DNA from: Escherichia phage ph0011
Length of the DNA: 64,000 nt
Direction: 5' to 3' (one strand)
Sequence record: OP557969.1
A program made the position numbers and the translations under genes. The notes beneath the pieces are model-generated. The model had not been told where the DNA came from and searched no databases. It worked only from the letters and a program-made list of their open reading frames with translations. Each line of letters begins with the position of its first letter. Within the stretch, counting starts at the first letter, position 1. Of this stretch, positions 25,784 through 35,054 are shown one piece after another.

Positions 25784-25947
25784 AAAAAACATGGACAATA
25801 TTCGTAATACCTATTATAATGTTGTTATTGGTAATCACGGTTCCACAAGTATACGTTGTTGCTTTGAATGTGGTGGAAATTATTCTTCTTGTAATTCATT
25901 GCCTTGTGTGTTATTACTACGTAAAATGGGATGATAAAAAAATATGA
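25780..25947 (+). CDS. small hydrophobic membrane peptide (55 aa)
   Basis: Own reading: ATG overlapping upstream stop (ATGA), MKKTWTIFVIPIIMLLLVITVPQ..., ends in ATGA overlap with next gene; below the track's 60-aa cutoff. Confidence 0.4.
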   Translation: MKKTWTIFVIPIIMLLLVITVPQVYVVALNVVEIILLVIHCLVCYYYVKWDDKKI

Positions 25948-26366
25948 AGTACTATCGAATTCGAGTTGGTGTAAGCTCAGGTTTTAGTAATTGGGTATAT
26001 TATGATTTGCCTGATAGCTATACCGTAGAAGATGTAATTAACTTATATTATGAAGAAGAGACATGGGTACTCAGTACTGAAACACATAGTGTAGTGTGTG
26101 AAGAGCTATGTGCCGAAGATTACAAGCACTGTGTCCAAGCAATGAAGTATTACAGTAAAGAAGTGAAGATGTTATCTGAAAACATTTTTCCGGTAAAAGA
26201 ATGGGCAATTTTACTTGCAAATCCTAACAAACCTGTTAGAATTGGTTATCCAAACAATCATATGGTTTATCGAATGAATAACAAACGTGAGCTAAGTTAT
26301 CAGTATGATTACAGTGCTTCTAAGTTTGGAGTTCTACCACAATTTAAAAAGGCTTATCCAGTATGA
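25944..26366 (+). CDS. hypothetical protein
   Basis: 140-aa ORF. Confidence 0.5.
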   Translation: MKYYRIRVGVSSGFSNWVYYDLPDSYTVEDVINLYYEEETWVLSTETHSVVCEELCAEDYKHCVQAMKYYSKEVKMLSENIFPVKEWAILLANPNKPVRIGYPNNHMVYRMNNKRELSYQYDYSASKFGVLPQFKKAYPV

Positions 26367-26698
26367 GCAATGACAGCAAAGAATTTATAGTACGTTGTAG
26401 TTGTGGTGATAATACTGAACATTGTATTCACATTGCACAATATGACTTGACACAAGAAGATGGAGATGGTAAACTTGGTCAATGTTTGGTGAGTATGCGT
26501 TTGAATCCTTTCTTAAAATGGCACAAACGTATATTGGTTGGGTTGAAGTATATTTTCGGTGTAAACGATTTTCAATACAAAGAAGCAATGATTGATGTTG
26601 ACATTCTGAAAGAAGTTGTGTTACAATTAGAAGACACCCGTCCCGATGAGGTAAAGAAAGAAGAAAGAGATAAACGTAGTGATGTGAAGGTTTTATGA
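26363..26698 (+). CDS. hypothetical protein
   Basis: 111-aa ORF, ATGA overlap. Confidence 0.5.
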   Translation: MSNDSKEFIVRCSCGDNTEHCIHIAQYDLTQEDGDGKLGQCLVSMRLNPFLKWHKRILVGLKYIFGVNDFQYKEAMIDVDILKEVVLQLEDTRPDEVKKEERDKRSDVKVL

Positions 26699-26889
26699 GT
26701 ACTGAACTTTATGAAAAAAAGTACTGTACAAATTGCTCAACTGAGTATACAATACAAGGTATGTTAATTTGTACAATATGTAAGTCAAAAGAATCAGCTA
26801 CATTCATAGTTGATGATAGATTTAGTGATTTAAAACAGTTTAAAGCAAACCGCAATCTTCGTATTTTTAGCAATCTAAATAAGGAATAA
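26695..26889 (+). CDS. small zinc-ribbon-like protein
   Basis: 64 aa; CTNC...CTIC cysteine pairs. Confidence 0.4.
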   Translation: MSTELYEKKYCTNCSTEYTIQGMLICTICKSKESATFIVDDRFSDLKQFKANRNLRIFSNLNKE

Positions 26890-26895
26890 CATTTT

Positions 26896-27324
26896 ATGAA
26901 TATCGAACAAATCATCCGTAATCATTCTTTCTTCGCCCCAGAGACTGGTCGTGTAATTGAGAATGTCAAAATCGAAGAACTTATGGTGAATGTTAAATAC
27001 AAAGAACCAAATGATGAGATTAGTAGCACTTTTTGTGCACTTCGTGCACCATTCCGCAATGAAAAAGCAAAAAAACCAGCATATGTTCTTGCAATTGCTT
27101 TAGGATGTGTTGTTAAACTTGCAGTTGATGAAAATATTATTAATATCAAAGTCGCCCCTACCAATGACGAAGAAAACATTGATTTGAACTTTGATGGTAA
27201 TCTCGACGAAGATGTATTTTTTCAACAGTCACTTGTTTATGACTTCCGTACCGTGACATATTCACATATTAACTTCGTCAATGAAATGGTTGATATTGTA
27301 GCCAAATATGAAGAATCTCTATAA
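26896..27324 (+). CDS. FQ-motif family paralog
   Basis: 142 aa; C-terminal DEDVFFQQSLVYDFRTVTY; followed by terminator. Confidence 0.55.
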   Translation: MNIEQIIRNHSFFAPETGRVIENVKIEELMVNVKYKEPNDEISSTFCALRAPFRNEKAKKPAYVLAIALGCVVKLAVDENIINIKVAPTNDEENIDLNFDGNLDEDVFFQQSLVYDFRTVTYSHINFVNEMVDIVAKYEESL

Positions 27325-27334
27325 TTAAATCATA

Positions 27335-27360
27335 AAAGCCTCCATGTTGGAGGCTTTTCT
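27335..27360 (+). terminator. rho-independent terminator
   Basis: AAGCCTCCATGTTGGAGGCTT + TTCT. Confidence 0.7.
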
Positions 27361-27381
27361 CACATAAGGAAATGAAGAAAT

Positions 27382-27933
27382 ATGATTGAACAAATTAATA
27401 TTCTCACACAACAAATTACCGACTTTCTCTCAGATAAAGAAGGTTTCAAAACTGAAGTGAAAATGCACGGCGTTAGTCTTGATGTAATTTCACCAGATGG
27501 AAATGTTACAAATTATGATATGTACGAATTGTTTCTTTACACTTTAGCAGTACGTAAACTAGGAAGTGACATTGAACTAAACATTAACACTGATAGTGAT
27601 GGAAATAAAATTTTTGCAATCAATACAAGTGCTAAGTATGATGTTAGTGCAGAAATTAAAAAAATTAACGATAGCTTTGTTGGTTTCACCCATGATTCAA
27701 TTCAAGGTGTTTTTGTAGGTAAACAAACTTCATCAAGTCAATGTCCATTTTGTATTATGACTTTATATAAAAATGGTGATTGGATGCGACAAGACTTGGT
27801 ATATGCTGAAATGTTGTATGCATTTACACATGGTCTAGAAATTGAATTAGATGATAGTGCTTTTTGCTTTAAGAAAATCCGAAAACTCACAAATGATATT
27901 CAAAAGCAACTTAAAGAATTAAATGATAAATAA
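27382..27933 (+). CDS. hypothetical protein
   Basis: 183-aa ORF. Confidence 0.5.
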   Translation: MIEQINILTQQITDFLSDKEGFKTEVKMHGVSLDVISPDGNVTNYDMYELFLYTLAVRKLGSDIELNINTDSDGNKIFAINTSAKYDVSAEIKKINDSFVGFTHDSIQGVFVGKQTSSSQCPFCIMTLYKNGDWMRQDLVYAEMLYAFTHGLEIELDDSAFCFKKIRKLTNDIQKQLKELNDK

Positions 27934-28044
27934 ATGTACCAGAAGTGGTTAACATATCATGTTATTTTCCTCCCTTACATAATAATGATGCGTTATTAGA
28001 TTTTCATTTTATTATTTCTTTTTTGTACAAAATCATATTAGTAC

Positions 28045-28070
28045 TGCCCCGTATATCGGGGCATTTTATT
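28045..28070 (+). terminator. rho-independent terminator
   Basis: TGCCCCGTATATCGGGGCA + TTTTATT. Confidence 0.65.
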
Positions 28071-28233
28071 ATCTAAAATATGGTGATTTTATGAAAAACA
28101 TTGGCTCTTCTATACAAAAAGACCTTTCATTTTACCTTAATAAATTCAGAAGTATAAATGGTAATAAATTTAATAGTATCTATCAGTTCACACATAAAGA
28201 ATATATTACTATTGATCCCTTTTCAAAAAACTG

Positions 28234-28482
28234 ATGTATGTTAATGATAATAATTATAGTGTTAAATTATCATTCGATATTGTGTTGGATAAATTAACAT
28301 TTACGGAATACACTACCAATAAAACTTCATTTTTACACAAGTATAATAGAAAGGTATATAATCATATTTCTAGTTATTTAAATGAAGAATATTACTTTCA
28401 ACAATCTACAATAGAAAAAGTATTATTCAGTACTGAAGAATTAAAAGAATTATATTATTGGTATGAGAAATTTACATCTTGA
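28234..28482 (+). CDS. FQ-motif family paralog (short, possibly truncated)
   Basis: 82 aa; NEEYYFQQSTIEKV motif; an upstream ~47-codon ORF in another frame may be its displaced N-terminus. Confidence 0.4.
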   Translation: MYVNDNNYSVKLSFDIVLDKLTFTEYTTNKTSFLHKYNRKVYNHISSYLNEEYYFQQSTIEKVLFSTEELKELYYWYEKFTS

Positions 28483-28537
28483 CATTATGGTGGTTTCATC
28501 TTACAATACAAGATAATGATGCGTTGAGGACAAATTC

Positions 28538-28948
28538 ATGAGTATAGATTTACACAATGAACTACAATATTTTTTTGATTTGGATATATCACGTTTGAAC
28601 AGACATGTCAATCATATATCCAGAACTATATGGTGGTCTGATGAGGCTGATGAACCAAGGATTCAGATTTGTGATAATTTGTCAGTTTTAAGATTGTATG
28701 TTCTTGATACCGAAATGAATATTATGATAACATACGTACCACCCACAAACAAACTTCTAATCAACACACTAAACCCAGATACAGTACTGAAAATTTTTGA
28801 TTTGGATACGATACAGTCAAGCGAAACACTATTCCAACGTTCATTGGTTGATGATCTAGGGGGTATTTCTTTTGACGATATATTAAAATTGAAGAAGATG
28901 TATAATGAATTATTAGAGATTAAAAATACCGTTCTAATGGGGATTTAA
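28538..28948 (+). CDS. FQ-motif family paralog
   Basis: 136 aa; SETLFQRSLVDDLGGISFDDI. Confidence 0.55.
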   Translation: MSIDLHNELQYFFDLDISRLNRHVNHISRTIWWSDEADEPRIQICDNLSVLRLYVLDTEMNIMITYVPPTNKLLINTLNPDTVLKIFDLDTIQSSETLFQRSLVDDLGGISFDDILKLKKMYNELLEIKNTVLMGI

Positions 28949-28949
28949 T

Positions 28950-29354
28950 ATGGTAAGTTTATTAGATATTGATAATACTAGTCTGGTTCTGGTGAAAAAA
29001 GGATTAATTCCAAATTCTAACAAGATTGATTATGCTGTTATTGAAACAAATATTGGGAATATCTGGTACGACTCTGAAAGAGACATTGTGTTTAGCTGTG
29101 TAGATAGTGATCGTTCTGAGTGCTGTAGGGTTGGGCATGACGGACAATTTATTTTCGAATTTCGTTTCTGGAAAGATTCCAGATTTCACCAGGAGCATGT
29201 TTCAATTACAAATGTAAATTGTAATGAAGAATCATTCTTCATGGAAAGTACTATTAATGATTTTGGCTCAGTTACTTTTGAGTACTATAAAAAAGTATAT
29301 AACTTGTACAGAGAAGTAATTCGAATCATAAGAACCTCTGAGGGTCAAGATTAA
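28950..29354 (+). CDS. FQ-motif family paralog
   Basis: 134 aa; NEESFFMESTINDFGSVTFEY. Confidence 0.55.
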   Translation: MVSLLDIDNTSLVLVKKGLIPNSNKIDYAVIETNIGNIWYDSERDIVFSCVDSDRSECCRVGHDGQFIFEFRFWKDSRFHQEHVSITNVNCNEESFFMESTINDFGSVTFEYYKKVYNLYREVIRIIRTSEGQD

Positions 29355-29355
29355 T

Positions 29356-29733
29356 ATGACTACTACCATATATAATATTTTAGGTAACTTGAATAAAAAC
29401 ATAGATAATGATTTTGTTATAGTTGAAAACACTAAAAATATAATTCATCTACCATTGGGTACACCAGATAGGTTAATTTTTAACATATACGCTAACACAC
29501 TGACATACATACACGATGGTATGGTTATCGTTGTGCTTGATATTAAAGAAAATACAATACGATATGCATATGACTTTAACGTTTATTGGTCAAGAACTCA
29601 TAGTATTGATATTGAGGAAGATGAACTTTTTCAATTATCGTTAATTGAGAAAAATGTAATAGGAGTTACCGAGATTGGTATTGTTAAAAAAGCTTTGGAA
29701 TATGCAAATAAAAAAATAAATGGCGAACTATGA
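29356..29733 (+). CDS. FQ-motif family paralog
   Basis: 125 aa; EEDELFQLSLIEKNVIGVTEI. Confidence 0.55.
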   Translation: MTTTIYNILGNLNKNIDNDFVIVENTKNIIHLPLGTPDRLIFNIYANTLTYIHDGMVIVVLDIKENTIRYAYDFNVYWSRTHSIDIEEDELFQLSLIEKNVIGVTEIGIVKKALEYANKKINGEL

Positions 29734-30194
29734 TGAACATTGAGGAAATAAAAAATCATTTTGAAATTGCATTGTCTTGTGATTTTGATAGTTGTTATGT
29801 TACTGAACCAGAAGATATAATTAGAATTTCCACATCGTTTTCAGAAGAATACAATATACTCATTGAGAAATCATATGACAGAACCGAACTCTCATTTTAC
29901 AATAAGGATTTACGAACAACATCATTTATATTATTATATAACACAACATCGGATATAATAGAGATTATAACAAGTAAAACAGGTAAAACAAGTAAAGATG
30001 TACATTATGAGACTATACCAAATGTAAGTTATTGTTCAACAGAAGAAGGATACTTCCAGGAATCACTTATTAAAAATTTATCAGTTAGCTATTCTGATTT
30101 AAGCATTATAGTCAATTATGTGGAAAAGTTAAATGATTTCGTTCTATCGATGTTTGATATCACTGAGCAAAAACCAAAGGAAATCAAATGTTAA
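29730..30194 (+). CDS. FQ-motif family paralog
   Basis: 154 aa; TEEGYFQESLIKNLSVSYSDL. Confidence 0.55.
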   Translation: MMNIEEIKNHFEIALSCDFDSCYVTEPEDIIRISTSFSEEYNILIEKSYDRTELSFYNKDLRTTSFILLYNTTSDIIEIITSKTGKTSKDVHYETIPNVSYCSTEEGYFQESLIKNLSVSYSDLSIIVNYVEKLNDFVLSMFDITEQKPKEIKC

Positions 30195-30643
30195 ATCCTG
30201 GACATTTTTTTCATTTACTGGACATTACACCTATACCCGATTTGATCAGCGAGACTAATCATTATCGTGATATTGGAATTGTATCAATGGAATATGATTC
30301 ACCTGACTTTAAATGTTACGTAACATACGATCAGGTGGCTTATGAGTCAGAGCCTGAGATTAAAAAACCATCATATATTTTTGTGTTCATATATAATGAT
30401 TATAGTGGTGATGTACTGAATGATGTTCATATTGACACATTTGAAATATGTGGTAATATTATATCAGATGATTCAGCATCCACATTTGATTTGGAATTAA
30501 ACAGTACTGAAGAGTCACTTTTTCAGTTGAGTACTATATGTGATACTATATTAACTCTAGATGACATTGAGAAATTTAAAGAACAGCTTGACGCAGTTCG
30601 TGAGATGTTCTATAATCATTATCCAGAAGTAGAGTTCAATTAA
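30188..30643 (+). CDS. FQ-motif family paralog
   Basis: 151 aa; TEESLFQLSTICDTILTLDDI. Confidence 0.55.
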   Translation: MLNPGHFFHLLDITPIPDLISETNHYRDIGIVSMEYDSPDFKCYVTYDQVAYESEPEIKKPSYIFVFIYNDYSGDVLNDVHIDTFEICGNIISDDSASTFDLELNSTEESLFQLSTICDTILTLDDIEKFKEQLDAVREMFYNHYPEVEFN

Positions 30644-30657
30644 CTAAAGGTAATAAA

Positions 30658-30918
30658 ATGACAAAAGTAGTTCGTAAACGCCACATGATGAATATGGATG
30701 AATTTCGTACATTTGACAAATATCGTACTATGTTTCGTATGCTGTCACAGGGTCGCCCAATCGTCATTGTAACAGAGAATTACATGTCACCTGAGATTAT
30801 GTTTGGTAATTACGAAAAGGTCTTCATGTTGTACGTGAAGCGTGGATTGCTTACAATCAAGACATTAGCTGAAGCAACTGATGATGATATGGATGGAGAT
30901 AATACCTTTACCATGTGA
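30658..30918 (+). CDS. hypothetical protein
   Basis: 86-aa ORF. Confidence 0.45.
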   Translation: MTKVVRKRHMMNMDEFRTFDKYRTMFRMLSQGRPIVIVTENYMSPEIMFGNYEKVFMLYVKRGLLTIKTLAEATDDDMDGDNTFTM

Positions 30919-30957
30919 GGAAATATATGTCTGAAAAACCAAAAGAACCTTTAGATC

Positions 30958-31248
30958 GTGATGATGATTTTTATGACGAACGATATGGAGATGATAATGA
31001 GTAAAAATAGTGCGGTGCTTAAAAAGATTTTAAAGGAAATTGATGGTGAATTTAATGTCACAGAAGAAGAATATCAGCATTGGAAGAAAGATTTCGAACA
31101 ACTAACCGAGTATGATAAAGTGTTCAATATGATTGGCGTAATTAGCCAGTACTTACTTGGTGGAGGACGTGCAAGTGCTTCAATTCTGGCATCTGCAATC
31201 ATCTGCACATCACGATGGTGTGATGAAAAAAGTTTGGAAGATTTCTAA
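30958..31248 (+). CDS. hypothetical protein
   Basis: 96-aa ORF; real start probably ~30997 (MSKNSAVL). Confidence 0.4.
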   Translation: MMMIFMTNDMEMIMSKNSAVLKKILKEIDGEFNVTEEEYQHWKKDFEQLTEYDKVFNMIGVISQYLLGGGRASASILASAIICTSRWCDEKSLEDF

Positions 31249-31254
31249 ATAAGA

Positions 31255-31263
31255 TGCTATAAT
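31255..31263 (+). promoter_or_regulatory. extended -10 element (TGcTATAAT) upstream of MTase gene
   Basis: GATGCTATAATAT about 40 nt before ATG 31301. Confidence 0.35.
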
Positions 31264-31300
31264 ATATCAGAGTACCTTAACAATATAAAAAGGATTTTAT

Positions 31301-33181
31301 ATGAAACCTATCCGAGTACTATCTCTTTTTAATGGAATGAGTGTAGGATACATGGCATTAAAAGATGCTGGTATCCCTGTTGAAAAATATTATTCATCCG
31401 AAATTGACAAATTTGCTATAGCTGAATCCCAAGCTAACTTCCCCGATATAATCCAATTGGGTGATGTAACTAAGTGGAGAGAATGGGATATTGAATGGGA
31501 CAAGATAGATCTACTGATGGGTGGTTTTCCATGCTTCCCAGCAGGAACTATGATAATGACAAATAAAGGTCATAAAGATATAAAAGATATAAAAATTGGT
31601 GATATGGTTCTTACACACACTGGACAGTACCAAAAAGTATTGAGTACTGGTGTTAAAAAGGCTCCCACTCGTATTATTACGGGTCAAGGTCACCTTCCAA
31701 TTGAATGTACCGATAATCATCCATTTTGGAGTAGGGAACGTCTAGCCAATAAATGGAATAATCAACGCCGAAGATATGATTCTGTGTTTTCTGAACCGCA
31801 ATGGGTAAATGCTATAGATCTTACTAAACAAAGTTATATTTGTAATGTTAAAAATATTACACATAATACTGTAAGTGATAAAGATGAAAAATATTGGTAT
31901 TTTGTTGGTCGTTTTATGGGTGATGGATGTGCTAGTGTATCTAATAACAAATACAGTATTACTATTGTAGATTCATTAGATAAAGTTGATGAATTGAAAA
32001 AATGCTTTGATGATTTTGGATACAAATACACATTAGCTATTAAAGATAATCATGTAAGATGTGATATATATAGCAAAAAGCTTTATGATGAATTAATATG
32101 TATTGGGCATAAATCACAAAACAAATGTTTACCACCTGAAATATTCAATGAAACTATCAATAACAAAGAAGCATTTATTAAAGGATACATGGATGCAGAT
32201 GGTTGTGAGGATAAACACAATAAAAAATACAAATTTACCACCACAAGTTATAAAATAGTTCTTGGTATGCAACAGTTAATCTTAGATACTTATCAAAGTC
32301 ATTGTACTATTAGCCAAACTGTTCCAAAAACAAAAAAATATATAAAAAATAAGTTGGTTAATCAGCTTCCGTATTGGAATGTTCATTTTAGCTATAATAA
32401 AATTAAAAGAGATGATGTAATATATGATGAAATTTATATATGGAATCGTGGTGTAAAAAGTAATGTACCAACCGGAGAATGGAAAACCGTTTACAATATT
32501 GAAGTTGCAGTAGATAACACATATACAGCGAACAATATTGTAGTTCATAACTGCCAAGCGTGGTCAGTTGCAGGTAAACAGGGTGGAATAAATGATCCTC
32601 GTGGTATGTTATTCCATACAATGGTTGATATTTACCAGCACATAAAAAGTCTCAATCCAGACTTGAAAGTACTGTTCGAGAATGTTAAAATGAAAGAAGA
32701 TTTCAAGCAATACATTAATAGTGTTCTTGAGATGACACCAGTACTGATAAATTCCCAGCATTATACGCCTCACTTCAGGCAGCGATATTACTGGTACAGT
32801 ACTGATAAACTTTTTATACCACCTGCATTATCCAATGCACCTAAACTTCAAGATATTATTGAAGATGGTTGGTACACTGACAGAACCGCTTCGTACTGTA
32901 TAGATGCTAACTATTTTAAGGGTGGTGATTGTAACCAGTACTTTAATAAATCAAGAAGACAAATTGTTTTCAAAGAACCTGATATCGATAGGGATTTCCT
33001 TCTTGAACATGGTAAGCGAAATGTGGACTATCGTCATTTAACAGTACAAGAGTGTTGCATGTTGCAAGGAATTGATGTAAACTACTTCAAAGTTAGTAGT
33101 TCAACACAAGCATACAAAATGCTTGGGAATGGATGGACTATGCCAGTTATATCACACTTACTACGAGATATATTCTTTTGA
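31301..33181 (+). CDS. DNA (cytosine-5)-methyltransferase interrupted in-frame by an intein
   Basis: 626-aa ORF; exteins carry C5-MTase motifs I (LFNGMSVG), IV (GGFP-C...QAWSVAG), VI (FENV), X (LGNGWTMPV); 340-aa insert between them. Confidence 0.8.
   Translation: MKPIRVLSLFNGMSVGYMALKDAGIPVEKYYSSEIDKFAIAESQANFPDIIQLGDVTKWREWDIEWDKIDLLMGGFPCFPAGTMIMTNKGHKDIKDIKIGDMVLTHTGQYQKVLSTGVKKAPTRIITGQGHLPIECTDNHPFWSRERLANKWNNQRRRYDSVFSEPQWVNAIDLTKQSYICNVKNITHNTVSDKDEKYWYFVGRFMGDGCASVSNNKYSITIVDSLDKVDELKKCFDDFGYKYTLAIKDNHVRCDIYSKKLYDELICIGHKSQNKCLPPEIFNETINNKEAFIKGYMDADGCEDKHNKKYKFTTTSYKIVLGMQQLILDTYQSHCTISQTVPKTKKYIKNKLVNQLPYWNVHFSYNKIKRDDVIYDEIYIWNRGVKSNVPTGEWKTVYNIEVAVDNTYTANNIVVHNCQAWSVAGKQGGINDPRGMLFHTMVDIYQHIKSLNPDLKVLFENVKMKEDFKQYINSVLEMTPVLINSQHYTPHFRQRYYWYSTDKLFIPPALSNAPKLQDIIEDGWYTDRTASYCIDANYFKGGDCNQYFNKSRRQIVFKEPDIDRDFLLEHGKRNVDYRHLTVQECCMLQGIDVNYFKVSSSTQAYKMLGNGWTMPVISHLLRDIFF
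31532..32551 (+). mobile_element. Intein with LAGLIDADG homing-endonuclease domain inside the C5-MTase gene
   Basis: Begins CFPAGTMIM (block A Cys1), two LAGLIDADG-type motifs (FVGRFMGDGC, FIKGYMDADGC), ends VVHN followed by extein Cys (PCQ catalytic Cys as +1 residue). Confidence 0.75.
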
Positions 33182-33183
33182 AC

Positions 33184-33663
33184 ATGAACAACTACCCCAC
33201 TTATACAGAACGTGCAATGGAATTTAAACGTCAGTTAGCCAAGGATGAATTAGAATTTAATTTGTATTATCCTAATATTGGTGATGAGGTATTGTATAGT
33301 TCTCATGCTAAGAATGGAACTTTACTTCATTCCGGTAAAGGTATTGTTGTGGATATGATTAGTACGTTTAAAGGAAAACTTAATGTAATGTACAAAGTAC
33401 AAGATTCAAGTACTAAGTGTATTCATGAAGTGATGCATAATATACCTACATACCCAAAAGATTTTGTTGAGCTAATATCTCGAAGGGAGAAACCTATGTT
33501 CTATTGTGGTTACGACAAATTAACCAAACAAATTATTCCTAATACTATGGGAAAATTTAAAAGTGATGTAAAATCTGAACTTAATAAGAAATTAGGTTCT
33601 TCATGGGAAACTGAAAACGAGTTTATCGAAATTCGTTTAATTGAAGTTACTATTCTTGATTAA
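33184..33663 (+). CDS. hypothetical protein
   Basis: Track ORF 33133-33663 overlaps MTase; likely start at ATG 33184 (MNNYPTYTERAME). Confidence 0.5.
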   Translation: MNNYPTYTERAMEFKRQLAKDELEFNLYYPNIGDEVLYSSHAKNGTLLHSGKGIVVDMISTFKGKLNVMYKVQDSSTKCIHEVMHNIPTYPKDFVELISRREKPMFYCGYDKLTKQIIPNTMGKFKSDVKSELNKKLGSSWETENEFIEIRLIEVTILD

Positions 33664-34222
33664 TTATAAATCCACGCATTGCGTGGATTTTTTCATAGGT
33701 GCATATATGACAGTTCCGTATGTTAAAATTATTAACAATATCCTTGATTTATGGGAAGATGTTATTACCGGTAAAAAGAATCCAATACCAGTACACGTAC
33801 TAACTGGAAGACTACAATTCAGAATGTCTAACAAAACTGAAACGTTTAATAATCATGATATTTGTATTACATTAAAAACACCTGTTAGTATTGTAATTAA
33901 AAAAAATAAAGATGATGAATTGTCATTATCTATTGGTCGTGATAAAATTATTTTAAGTAATTTGTCTGAAGAAGAATTCTTTCAAAGAAGTACTATCATC
34001 GACATGAAAGATTTCACATATGAATCATTAGTAGAACTCAATACACGTTTTGATGATATTCAGGAACGATTGCGACCAATACTCCGTAGAGAAGAAGAAG
34101 CCTGGATTGAAAGTATGAAGAAGATGCAAGAAATGTTAAAAGAAAATATTAACAATCTTGGTAAAACAACAATGGAAATTGGTAAAACTTTAAAACTCAA
34201 CTTTTCAAAGGATCGTAAATGA
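33641..34222 (+). CDS. FQ-motif family paralog
   Basis: C-terminal SEEEFFQRSTIIDMKDFTYESL; likely start ~33707 (MTVPYVKI) after terminator. Confidence 0.5.
   Translation: MKLLFLINYKSTHCVDFFIGAYMTVPYVKIINNILDLWEDVITGKKNPIPVHVLTGRLQFRMSNKTETFNNHDICITLKTPVSIVIKKNKDDELSLSIGRDKIILSNLSEEEFFQRSTIIDMKDFTYESLVELNTRFDDIQERLRPILRREEEAWIESMKKMQEMLKENINNLGKTTMEIGKTLKLNFSKDRK
33669..33695 (+). terminator. rho-independent terminator
   Basis: AATCCACGCATTGCGTGGATT + TTTTC. Confidence 0.7.
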
Positions 34223-34671
34223 AAATCGATGAACTGATTTATATTTTAGGTAACTTGCACAAAATATTGTTACATCGCAACGAGATGAATAAACTAGGGT
34301 ATAATATAACTAATTTAAATGAAACATCATTTAAATATAACTCAATCACTGGTGGAAATTATAATATTGTGTATTGTCATGAAACTGACCCTGACTGCTA
34401 TCAACTTACGTTATACTTTTATCCAACAAACCCTACCATTGTTCAAGACATATCATCAATATCACTTGACCCAGATGGTGAAATGAGTATAGAATATAGC
34501 TATGATTCTAAAAAAGAATGTTACGTTGAAGATATGAAAAATATGTTTAACGATGCATATGTGTTCCAGCTAAGTACTGTACATGATGTTGGAAGTACTA
34601 ATGGGCAATTTTGGAATACATGCTATTATCATATGATTGGAATTTGTAAATTACTAAAAGGCGATGATTAA
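34219..34671 (+). CDS. FQ-motif family paralog (divergent)
   Basis: 150 aa; DAYVFQLSTVHDVGSTNGQF. Confidence 0.5.
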   Translation: MKIDELIYILGNLHKILLHRNEMNKLGYNITNLNETSFKYNSITGGNYNIVYCHETDPDCYQLTLYFYPTNPTIVQDISSISLDPDGEMSIEYSYDSKKECYVEDMKNMFNDAYVFQLSTVHDVGSTNGQFWNTCYYHMIGICKLLKGDD

Positions 34672-35054
34672 TGAAATACAGCATTGAAGTACATTACACT
34701 ACTGGTGATACTGAAAATCAATATAACATAGTTAAGACCATTGATGTTCAATGGGATACTAAAGAGGAAGCAGTTGCTGCTTTACAGTGTCTAAAAGAGC
34801 ATTGGGTGTTTTATATGAAGCAAGATAATTGCCATACAAAAGAACGCGAAACTATCGTTAAAAATGCTAAACAAAAAGAGTGGTTTGACCCAATTTCACC
34901 AGAATATTCATTTTTGGTTAAAGTTGGTGGCGTGACAGTACCCTTACGAACACCGTGGAACGGCTACTTTGAAACTCTTCATAATGCACGAGTTGTCGCT
35001 GTTGACAATCCTGAACAAATCGATTTTGATTCATTGGACTGGAAAAAATTATGA
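34671..35054 (+). CDS. hypothetical protein
   Basis: 127-aa ORF. Confidence 0.5.
   Translation: MKYSIEVHYTTGDTENQYNIVKTIDVQWDTKEEAVAALQCLKEHWVFYMKQDNCHTKERETIVKNAKQKEWFDPISPEYSFLVKVGGVTVPLRTPWNGYFETLHNARVVAVDNPEQIDFDSLDWKKL

Noticed and set aside
33133-33183. Track start sites that overlap the upstream gene by tens of nt (33133, 13040, 50257, 41472, 42692, 38100, 51469)
   Set aside because: Longest-ORF starts; an internal ATG with better spacing to the upstream stop exists in each case, so I moved or flagged the start rather than accept long overlaps.
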